Assembly: GCF_001548275.1 (NCBI RefSeq)
Contig: NZ_AP014945.1
Location: 870,001-902,000 of the forward strand
From: Caldimicrobium thiodismutans
GTDB lineage: Bacteria; Desulfobacterota; Thermodesulfobacteria; Thermodesulfobacteriales; Thermodesulfobacteriaceae
DNA: 32,000 nucleotides
Direction: 5' to 3'
Shown here: piece by piece, positions 25,171 to 32,000 of the stretch
Layout of the letters: each line of letters starts with the position of its first letter
How positions within the stretch are numbered: the first letter of the stretch is position 1
The notes under the pieces: model-generated
The model's input: the letters and a program-made list of their open reading frames with translations, nothing else
Told to the model about the DNA's origin: nothing
Databases searched by the model: none
Translations under genes and position numbers: made by a program

Positions 25171-25530
25171 ATGGAAGGAAAGAAATTACCAGTCTGTTTA
25201 GCCTTTTTAGCTGGAGCTGCGGTGGGAGCCCTTGTGGCCTTACTTTATGCACCAACCAGTGGAGCAGAACTCAGGAGAAAAATCAAGGAAGGTGCTGAAG
25301 ATACTACTGAAAAGCTTAAAGAAAAAGGAACTTATTTCAAAGAAAAGGTTTCAGAATTTAAGGATACTGCTGAATCTAAATTTGGTGAATTAAAGGAAAA
25401 GGCTAAGGAGGTTTTGGAAGAAAAAAGGGTCTCTCTCTCTGAGACGCTGGAAAAGGCTAAAGAAGCTGTGAAGGAGAAAAAAGAGGAGCTAACAGAAAAA
25501 TTCTTTAAAAAAGAGGAGGAGATCTCTTAG
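25171..25530 (+). CDS. YtxH-like protein
   Basis: LAFLAGAAVGALVALLYAPTSGAELRRKIKE is the YtxH signature, followed by a K/E-rich helical tail. Confidence 0.7.
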   Translation: MEGKKLPVCLAFLAGAAVGALVALLYAPTSGAELRRKIKEGAEDTTEKLKEKGTYFKEKVSEFKDTAESKFGELKEKAKEVLEEKRVSLSETLEKAKEAVKEKKEELTEKFFKKEEEIS

Positions 25531-25534
25531 GGAC

Positions 25535-26386
25535 TTACCAGGTAAATTTTTCCTTTAAGATAGTAAGATAGGATTTAGTTGGAGAGCTAACAAGTTTTAG
25601 AGGCCTTTTAGCCCTATGGAAACGCACAGGTTGTTTTGGTTCAATAAAAAGATTAGTTCTTCCATCTAAGAGGAGGTGCACCTCCTCCTCTCCTTCTTTT
25701 AATATAACCTCAAGGGTTGAATCTTCAGGGATTAAAAAGGGCTTATGATTTATTTTAAAGGAGCATATGGGGGTTATAATCATAGCTCTTACCCTTGGGT
25801 GCACAACCGGGCCTCCAGCGGAGAGATTGTAAGCAGTAGAACCAGTAGGAGTGCTAACAATTAGGCCATCTCCATATATCTCAATAAACTCTTCCCCATC
25901 AATTTTAAGATCAAGAGTTATTATTCTTCCTACAGGGCCTTTAAGAATGGCACCTTCATTTAGAAAGACCTCAACTTTATCCTGATATTTTGCCTCTAAA
26001 AGAGTTCTTTCATCAAAGGTGAGCGAGCCTTCTACCCAGAGTTTTAAAACCTGGGGCAACTCCTCTAAGGTAATCTCTGTGAGAAAACCAAATTTTCCCA
26101 TATTTACACCAAGTATGGGAAGGTCATACTCGTAGGCATAAGGCACTGCTTTTAAAAGGGTCCCATCGCCTCCAAGGACAAGTATCCCAGATAGAGCTCT
26201 GTTATCAATTACTTCATCAGGGTTTTTAAGATTTATCCCAAAGGCACCTATGGTTTCTAAAAATTCCTTAGGAACCTTGATCTCACTCTTACAGAAAAAA
26301 AGAAAATTTAACATATCTTTGAGATTAACAGGAAGGAAGTTCTTGTCAAGAGAAATGTATATGTCCAAATAAATATACCCATGCAT
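25535..26386 (-). CDS. nadK: NAD kinase
   Basis: VLGGDGTLL, NMGKFGFLTE, DGLIVSTPTGSTAYNLSAGGP. Start is uncertain (ATG 26386 or ATG 26314); neither has a clear SD. Confidence 0.9.
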   Translation of the reverse strand: MHGYIYLDIYISLDKNFLPVNLKDMLNFLFFCKSEIKVPKEFLETIGAFGINLKNPDEVIDNRALSGILVLGGDGTLLKAVPYAYEYDLPILGVNMGKFGFLTEITLEELPQVLKLWVEGSLTFDERTLLEAKYQDKVEVFLNEGAILKGPVGRIITLDLKIDGEEFIEIYGDGLIVSTPTGSTAYNLSAGGPVVHPRVRAMIITPICSFKINHKPFLIPEDSTLEVILKEGEEEVHLLLDGRTNLFIEPKQPVRFHRAKRPLKLVSSPTKSYLTILKEKFTW

Positions 26387-26503
26387 TGATGATGAAATAT
26401 ATATTGCATTGTCCGGGTCTCTCTAAATCTTCATGGATACCTTTTTATCAAGTCATATAAATTTAAAAATCCCTTTTTGACACAAAATTTAAAAAGGCAC
26501 CTC

Positions 26504-26519
26504 CAGAAGATATCTTCTG
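26504..26519. promoter_or_regulatory. Perfect 16-bp palindrome CAGAAGATATCTTCTG, candidate operator
   Basis: Seen directly. Ends 9 bp upstream of the ispG -35 hexamer, in the nadK/ispG divergent region. Confidence 0.35.
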
Positions 26520-26527
26520 ATCTTTAA

Positions 26528-26556
26528 TTGAAATTATCAACCATAGAGATTATAAT
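26528..26556 (+). promoter_or_regulatory. Sigma-70-type promoter for ispG (TTGAAA-N17-TATAAT)
   Basis: TTGAAA 26528-26533 and TATAAT 26551-26556. SD GGGAGGAG precedes the ATG at 26581. Confidence 0.6.
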
Positions 26557-26580
26557 TCTTTGAAAATCGGGAGGAGAAAA

Positions 26581-27675
26581 ATGTATCCTGAAATAAAGAG
26601 AAGAAAAACAAAGGAAATTTTTGTTGGATCTGTTGGCATCGGAGGAGGAAATCCCATTCGCGTTCAGAGTATGACTAATACGGATACCCGTGATATTAAG
26701 GCCACCCTTGACCAGATCTTCAGACTTAAGTCTGCTGGATGTGAGATTGTAAGGGTTGCTATTCCTGATGAAAGGGCTGTCTCAGCCTTAAGAGAAATTG
26801 TTAAAGAAAGTCCTATCCCAGTTATTGCTGATCTTCATTTTGATACCTCCCTCGGGGAAAAAGCAGTTTCTGCAGATGTTTCAGGAATAAGAATTAATCC
26901 AGGAACCTTTAGAAATAAAAAAAGACTTGATTCCCTGATCAGGGCTTGCAAAGAAAGAGGGGTCTGTATAAGAATTGGAATTAATGCAGGATCTCTTGAG
27001 AGTGCCCTTTTGAAGAGATACGGACATCCTACACCTGAGGCTATGGTTGAAAGCGCCAAAAACTGGCTTGAATATATAGTTTCCAAGCATGACTATTATA
27101 ACCTTAAGGTCTCTCTTAAGTCTTCAAACTGGTGGCAAACTGTAAGGGCCTACGAACTCTTTTCTGAGGCATTAGATTTTCCCCTCCATATAGGAGTTAC
27201 CGAGGCAGGGGGGCTTATACCTGGCACTATTAAAAATACCATGGCAGTAAGCTATCTTCTTCTTAAGGGGATTGGGGATACGGTGCGGATATCTCTTACC
27301 GCTGACCCAGTGGAAGAAGTCTATGTAGCCTATGAGATTCTGAGAAATCTTGGATTAAGAAGTCTTTATCCAGACATAATTGCTTGTCCAACCTGCGGAA
27401 GGTGTGAAATTGATCTTATACGGCTTTATGAGGAGGTTTCAGCCTATGCAAAAAAATTAAGGGCCAATCTTAAACTTGCAGTTATGGGGTGTGTGGTAAA
27501 TGGCCCAGGTGAGGCAAGGGAGGCAGATCTCGGAATTGCAGGAGGAAAGGGAGTGGGGATTATCTTCAGGGAAGGAAAAATCATCCAAAAGGTGAAAGAG
27601 GAAGAACTCCTTAAAGCCTTTTTTGAAGAGATTGAAAAATTTTTAAAAGAACATCCCGAAAGGATTAACTCTTAA
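26581..27675 (+). CDS. ispG: 4-hydroxy-3-methylbut-2-enyl diphosphate synthase IspG (GcpE)
   Basis: IRVQSMTNTDT, RVAIPD, IPVIADLHF, IRINPGT, CPTCGRC and GCVVNGPGE. Start moved from TTG 26560 to ATG 26581, because the predicted -10 lies only 3 nt before 26560. Confidence 0.93.
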   Translation: MYPEIKRRKTKEIFVGSVGIGGGNPIRVQSMTNTDTRDIKATLDQIFRLKSAGCEIVRVAIPDERAVSALREIVKESPIPVIADLHFDTSLGEKAVSADVSGIRINPGTFRNKKRLDSLIRACKERGVCIRIGINAGSLESALLKRYGHPTPEAMVESAKNWLEYIVSKHDYYNLKVSLKSSNWWQTVRAYELFSEALDFPLHIGVTEAGGLIPGTIKNTMAVSYLLLKGIGDTVRISLTADPVEEVYVAYEILRNLGLRSLYPDIIACPTCGRCEIDLIRLYEEVSAYAKKLRANLKLAVMGCVVNGPGEAREADLGIAGGKGVGIIFREGKIIQKVKEEELLKAFFEEIEKFLKEHPERINS

Positions 27676-28495
27676 TATCCTTAGCTAAGCTATAAATTTC
27701 CTTTGAAGAGATTCCATATTTCTGGCTTAAACGCCTTGAAATCTCTTTTATTTTAAGCCCCTTTTTCAGAAGATTCTCTATCTCCTCTTTTAAAGAAGGG
27801 GGTTGAAAGCCTTTTTCTTCTTCCTTTCCCTCAATAATGAGGGTGCTTTCCCCTTTAATTTCTTCTCTTTTTGAGAGTTCAGAAAGACTTGACCAGGTAA
27901 GTTCCTCGTGATATTTAGTGAGTTCCCTTGCCAGAAAGGCCTGTCTATCACCGAGAATTTCAAGAAGGATTTTAAGGGTCTTTGAAAATCTGTGGGGGGG
28001 AAGAAAAAGCACTAAAGTGAGCCCTTGGGGAAGGTCTTTAAGTTTTTCTTTAATTTCCTTTTCTTTTCTGGGCAAAAATCCAAGGAATATAAAGCCCTTT
28101 GAGAGGTCTACTCCAGAAGAAGATAAGGCAGTAGTTAAAGCTGAAGGCCCTGGAATGGACTCTACCTTTATGCCCTCAAGATGCGCCCTTCTAACAAGCC
28201 TTGCGCCAGGGTCTGAAAGCAGAGGAGTTCCTGCCTCACTGCAAAGGGCTATCTTTTTCCCCTCCTTTAAAAGCTCTATTATCTTTTCCTCTTTCTCAGT
28301 TTCAACTTCTCTGTAAAAACTTATGACCTCCTTTGGAGAAAGACTGTAAGCTCTTTCAAGTTTTTTAAAGGACCTTGTATCCTCTGCAAGAATAAGATCA
28401 ACTTCTTTTAAGACCTCAAGGGCCCTCAGAGTTATATCCTTAAGATTTCCAATGGGAAGGGCAACCACATAAAGGATTCCAGATTTTTCAGTCAT
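27665..28495 (-). CDS. rsmI: 16S rRNA (cytidine1402-2'-O)-methyltransferase RsmI
   Basis: LYVVALPIGNLKDITLRALEVLKEVDLILAEDTR and CSEAGTPLLSDPG (tetrapyrrole-methylase fold, RsmI family). 11-nt convergent overlap with ispG. Confidence 0.88.
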   Translation of the reverse strand: MTEKSGILYVVALPIGNLKDITLRALEVLKEVDLILAEDTRSFKKLERAYSLSPKEVISFYREVETEKEEKIIELLKEGKKIALCSEAGTPLLSDPGARLVRRAHLEGIKVESIPGPSALTTALSSSGVDLSKGFIFLGFLPRKEKEIKEKLKDLPQGLTLVLFLPPHRFSKTLKILLEILGDRQAFLARELTKYHEELTWSSLSELSKREEIKGESTLIIEGKEEEKGFQPPSLKEEIENLLKKGLKIKEISRRLSQKYGISSKEIYSLAKDIKS

Positions 28496-28504
28496 GAATT
28501 TCTA

Positions 28505-30055
28505 CTAATCAATTTTTTCCCAGAAAAAGCCCTTGATATTCCTCTCCCTTGAAGAAAACTCAATCCCGATAAGATAAATCTCCTTGGCTGAACCATCATA
28601 CTTCTTGTGATAACCCTTCTCCTTAAGTTGAGCTAAAGCTTTACCTTCTCCCTCCTCTCCCTCAACCACCTTGAACTCAAAAAGATAAGCTCTTTCCCTA
28701 TAGATCACCGTCAAATCTATCTGCCCCTTATTTGTTATATCCTCAGGGATTACCTCAAGCCCTGATCCACATAAAAAGGCATAAAAACAACTTGCATAAT
28801 ACCCCTCATAACGAGAAAGCTCATTTTTCCTGAACCAATCATGGGGTATCCCTGCATAAAGACTCTCAAGAGTCTTTTTTATCTTCTCAAAATCCCTCTC
28901 CCTCACTGCCTCAATCATCTTAAGAGATAGCCTTGGTCTTTCTGAACTGAGCTGAGTAAAATAAGAAAAAAGAACTCTATTTAAACTAATCTTTACCTCT
29001 TTATTCGGATAAGAAAGCTTATAGAGAATTAACCTTTCCTCTTCAATAGTTTCTTTAATGGTCAAATAACCCACCTGAAAGAGAAGGTTTTCTGGCTCAA
29101 TATAGTCAAGGTCAAAAGAGCCAATCAGGTCATCAGTTGCAGTTAGGTCTTCAAGCTCAGGAAGATAAAAACGCTTCTCCATTAAAAGCTTTACAAGAAA
29201 GCTTGGAGTCCCTGTCTCAAACCAGTAAGGGTGAAATTGTTTTTCCTCTAAATAGAGAAGCACATCAAAGGGATTATAAACAGGCTCCCCAAGCCAGGAA
29301 TAACCATTATACCAGCATCTTATAAGCTCTAAGTCTTTATCTTCTAATTCTTCTCTGAAGACCTCTTCAAGCTCTTTCTGAGTGTATCCACAGATAGTTG
29401 CATACTCCCTGCTTATAGTAATATCCCTTAACTGATTTAGCCCTGAAAAAAGGGATACCTTTGAAAATTTTGAAACTCCTGTGAGGAAAACAAATTTAAG
29501 CTGGGCATCAAGGGGCTTTAAGACACTATAAAAATTCTTAAGCACATCTCTTACTGCCTTTGCAGTTTCTCTATCCTCAATACAATCAAGAATAGGTTTA
29601 TCATACTCATCAACAAGAACTACCACTTTAGATGCATATTTCTGAGAAAGTTTTAGGATTAGTTCCCTGAAGCAGGCATGATAATCATCTTTCCATTTGC
29701 AGGTAATATCATAAAGATTTTGATGTTCCTCAAGTTGCTGAAGTATCCATTTCTCAAGGGCTTCTATACCTTTAACCTCTCCTCCCCCAAAATCAATATG
29801 AATAACTGGATACTTAACACTCCAGTCCCAGTTCTTTTCAAGATAGAGCCCCTGAAAAAGCTCTTTTCTTCCAAGAAAGGCCTGCTTCAGGGTGTCCACA
29901 AAAAGGGATTTTCCAAATCTCCTTGGGCGAGAGAGAAAATAATAAGTTCCTTCTTCAACAAGCTTTGCCACAAAAGGGGTTTTATCCACATAATAATAGG
30001 GCTCACTTCTAATCTTTTCAAAGCTTGAAATCCCGATGGGAAGGTTTTTCTCCAT
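28505..30055 (-). CDS. AAA-ATPase-like domain + C-terminal PD-(D/E)XK nuclease-like domain protein (DUF1703 type)
   Basis: N-terminal LPIGISSFEKIRSEPYYYVDKTPFVAKLVEEGTYYFLSRPRRFGKSLFVDTL and Walker B-like VVLVDEYDKP. C-terminal EGYYASCFYAFL...GQIDLTVIYRERAYLFEFKV (D...E-x-K). Confidence 0.8.
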   Translation of the reverse strand: MEKNLPIGISSFEKIRSEPYYYVDKTPFVAKLVEEGTYYFLSRPRRFGKSLFVDTLKQAFLGRKELFQGLYLEKNWDWSVKYPVIHIDFGGGEVKGIEALEKWILQQLEEHQNLYDITCKWKDDYHACFRELILKLSQKYASKVVVLVDEYDKPILDCIEDRETAKAVRDVLKNFYSVLKPLDAQLKFVFLTGVSKFSKVSLFSGLNQLRDITISREYATICGYTQKELEEVFREELEDKDLELIRCWYNGYSWLGEPVYNPFDVLLYLEEKQFHPYWFETGTPSFLVKLLMEKRFYLPELEDLTATDDLIGSFDLDYIEPENLLFQVGYLTIKETIEEERLILYKLSYPNKEVKISLNRVLFSYFTQLSSERPRLSLKMIEAVRERDFEKIKKTLESLYAGIPHDWFRKNELSRYEGYYASCFYAFLCGSGLEVIPEDITNKGQIDLTVIYRERAYLFEFKVVEGEEGEGKALAQLKEKGYHKKYDGSAKEIYLIGIEFSSRERNIKGFFWEKID

Positions 30056-30149
30056 AGCTTTATTTTAAGGCTTCTTTTTTCAAAAATCAATGTTAATCCT
30101 TTTTTTATGCAATTCCTTTTTTTAAAAATAGTCAGTTTTCATCATTAAT

Positions 30150-30409
30150 GTAGGGGCAGACCTAAGGTGTCTGCCCCATGTAGGGGTTTAAAATTTTAAA
30201 CCTTGATTTCTGTAGGGGTTCAAAATCTTAAACCCCTACATTGATGCAAAAAACACATAGGTTTTCCAAAAGGGGGCAAACACACAGGTTTGCCCCTACA
30301 AAATACAGGTTCATTTTCCTATAACAGAAGTAGTAGAAAAAATCCTATAGAATCTCAAAAGACCTGGACGCATACAGGGGCTTGGCAAATTCGGAATCTA
30401 TATTAAATT
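30150..30409 (+). repeat. Copy D of the repeat family (variant): array of four GTAG-headed REP-like hairpins, shared core and outward promoter-like module
   Basis: Hairpins at 30150-30177, 30180-30202, 30212-30239 and 30272-30299 (the last inverted). 30255-30375 aligns with copies A and B (…gcccctacaaaatacaggttcatt…gacgcatac). Then TTGGCA (30382-30387)-N16-TAAATT (30404-30409). Confidence 0.8.
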
Positions 30410-30436
30410 TTTAAAAATCTATAAAACTTGCCCTAA

Positions 30437-31474
30437 TTGTTAACCTTGGGAAAGAGATTTAAATCAAATAAAGAGCGGATTCAGTGCTTTCTTAAGCTTT
30501 TTGATAAAGGGGATCAGGTTCTGATTCTCTTTTGGGCAGATCCTGATGCCTTAGCCAGTGCCTTTGCCTTAAAGAAGATTCTTCAAGGGCGGGTCTCAAA
30601 GGTCACCCTTTCAGCGGTAAATGAAATTAAACGCCTTAATAATTTGGTTATGGTGGAAATTTTAAAGATACCTTTAACTCCCTTTCAAAGAGAGTTTCTA
30701 AAAATTTATCAAAAAATCATTTTAGTAGACTCCCAGCCTACGCACCATGAAGCCTTTAAAGAAATTCAATTTACAGCAGTAATTGACCATCATCCAGTCA
30801 CAGAAGGCTGGTCAGCAGAGTATGTGGACTTGAGACCAAATTATGGGGCTACCTCAACTATCCTTTATGAATATTTGAAGACCCTACGCTTAAAGCCCAA
30901 TGTCTTTCTTTCTACTGCCCTTATTTATGGTATAAAAACAGATACGGATAACTTTAAGAAAAGTGCTCAACTTCAGGATGTCCTTGCCTTTCAGAGGCTT
31001 TTTAAAAGAATGAACAAACACCTTCTCAATAAGATTGAGTCCTCCGATCTCAGAAGATCAGAACTCCGTTATTTCAAAACCGCCCTTCATAATCTAAAAT
31101 ATCAGGGTAATCGGGCTTTTACATATCTTGGAAAGGTTAGCAGTCCTGATGTTTTAGTATTAGTGGCTGATTTTTTGAATAAGGTATATGAGACTGCCTG
31201 GGTCTTTGTGGCTGGTGAATATAAAAAAAATCTTATAATTATTGTGAGGTGTGATGGTTATCGTAAAAATGCAGGAAAACTTGTAAGCAAACTCTTTAAA
31301 AATATAGGTCTGGCAGGGGGACATAGAGAGAAGGCTCGGGCAGAAATTCCCTTTGCCAATCTTTCTCTTGAGCCAGAAGAGTTTAGCACAGCTAGCCTTC
31401 TTAAGCTCTTTAAAAAATATTTTCCCTCTAAAGGAGCAAAAGAGAAACCATCTGTTGATGTTCCTCCAATTTAA
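30437..31474 (+). CDS. DHH-family phosphoesterase (NrnA-like; DHH + DHHA1)
   Basis: Motifs ADPDALASAFAL, ILVDS, VIDHHP, GIKTDTDNF and GLAGGHREKA. The first in-frame start is TTG 30437, so the exact start is uncertain. Confidence 0.82.
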   Translation: MLTLGKRFKSNKERIQCFLKLFDKGDQVLILFWADPDALASAFALKKILQGRVSKVTLSAVNEIKRLNNLVMVEILKIPLTPFQREFLKIYQKIILVDSQPTHHEAFKEIQFTAVIDHHPVTEGWSAEYVDLRPNYGATSTILYEYLKTLRLKPNVFLSTALIYGIKTDTDNFKKSAQLQDVLAFQRLFKRMNKHLLNKIESSDLRRSELRYFKTALHNLKYQGNRAFTYLGKVSSPDVLVLVADFLNKVYETAWVFVAGEYKKNLIIIVRCDGYRKNAGKLVSKLFKNIGLAGGHREKARAEIPFANLSLEPEEFSTASLLKLFKKYFPSKGAKEKPSVDVPPI

Positions 31475-31859
31475 CATCTTCTTCTCTCCCTTTAAATTCA
31501 GCTCAATGGTTGTAATGCCTCATTTAATTTTCTGAAGGAAATTATTTTACCTCCCCCTCCTTTTTATGGTCAATTTTTTTCCCGATAATAATTCCCTTTT
31601 TTCTATAAATATGTTCTCTCAAGCATTTTCTGATTTCTCCTTATCTTTCTGCAAAGCTCCTTTACCTTTCCACCCGCTCTTTCTTTTGAAATAAGCTTTG
31701 CGAAAGAACTAAGCTCGTAAATTCAAGAAGGGTGAAATAGATAGTTTTATCGTGAAGGTTAAATGTAGGAGCTAATTTGGATTTAGAAGATTTTTTATAT
31801 GAGGCAACGATAAAATTTCGAATGGATTTTCAATGAGGCAATTCGGAGGTAATTCGTAG

Positions 31860-31888
31860 TTGCATATTTTGTGATAAATTAGTAAAAT
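31860..31888 (+). promoter_or_regulatory. Sigma-70-type promoter for obg (TTGCAT-N17-TAAAAT)
   Basis: TTGCAT 31860-31865 and TAAAAT 31883-31888, 23 nt upstream of the ATG at 31912. Confidence 0.5.
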
Positions 31889-31911
31889 CAAATTTAGTTA
31901 AAGGATAGGCT

Positions 31912-32000
31912 ATGGCTCGTTTTGTTGATCAGGCTAAAATTTATGTTAAGGCTGGAGATGGAGGCTCCGGCTGTGTAAGTTTTCGGAGGGAAAAGTATGT
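31912..32000 (+). CDS. obg: GTPase Obg/CgtA, N-terminal fragment (continues beyond the window)
   Basis: [29 protein letters not shown] matches the conserved Obg-fold N-terminus. Confidence 0.88.
   Translation, partial: MARFVDQAKIYVKAGDGGSGCVSFRREKY

Noticed and set aside
26560-26580. TTG start for ispG as listed in the ORF track.
   Set aside because: It lies only 3 nt after the predicted -10 hexamer and has no SD. ATG 26581 has GGGAGGAG 5-6 nt upstream, and IspG homology starts there.
30150-30300. Possible CRISPR array, suggested by the closely spaced repeated GTAGGGG-containing units.
   Set aside because: The units differ in sequence and length and are individually palindromic. One is inverted, the spacers are 2-32 nt, and there are no cas genes. 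REP/BIME-like hairpins fit better.

Overview
This 32-kb window comes from an AT-leaning bacterial chromosome with K/E-rich proteins, probably a thermophilic anaerobe; the taxon cannot be determined from the sequence alone. All motif coordinates were counted by hand. Most of the window is housekeeping: the 3' part of an MCP gene, tRNA-Val(CAC), rpsF-rpsR-rplI-dnaB, pyrR, a YbgC-type thioesterase, ychF, a tightly coupled four-gene glycogen cluster (archaeal-type debranching enzyme, GT4/5 synthase, GH57, alpha-glucan phosphorylase), a ytxG/ytxH-like pair, nadK, ispG, rsmI, a DHH phosphoesterase and the obg 5' end. Four things look accessory. (1) A sigma-54 locus at 4.7-11.4 kb. A sensor kinase and NtrC-type activator sit divergent from a consensus TGGCAC-N5-TTGCA promoter. 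That promoter drives a repeat-containing USP-like protein, a small membrane protein, a TauE/SafE permease and a tandem USP, and a second tandem-USP paralog closes the locus. (2) An EAL gene and a CBS-GGDDF gene, separated only by a frame change at an A7 run, in a segment of visibly lower GC. (3) A stand-alone AAA-ATPase-like/PD-(D/E)XK protein. (4) Four copies of a 200-290 bp intergenic repeat family. These have imperfect terminal inverted repeats, GTAG-headed REP-like hairpins, a variable heptamer tract and an outward-facing promoter-like module aimed at the adjacent gene. I saw no CRISPR array, transposase, integrase or recognisable defence operon. I did not find an unambiguous new multi-gene system. 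The best candidates for follow-up are the sigma-54/USP/TauE locus and the promoter-carrying repeat family.
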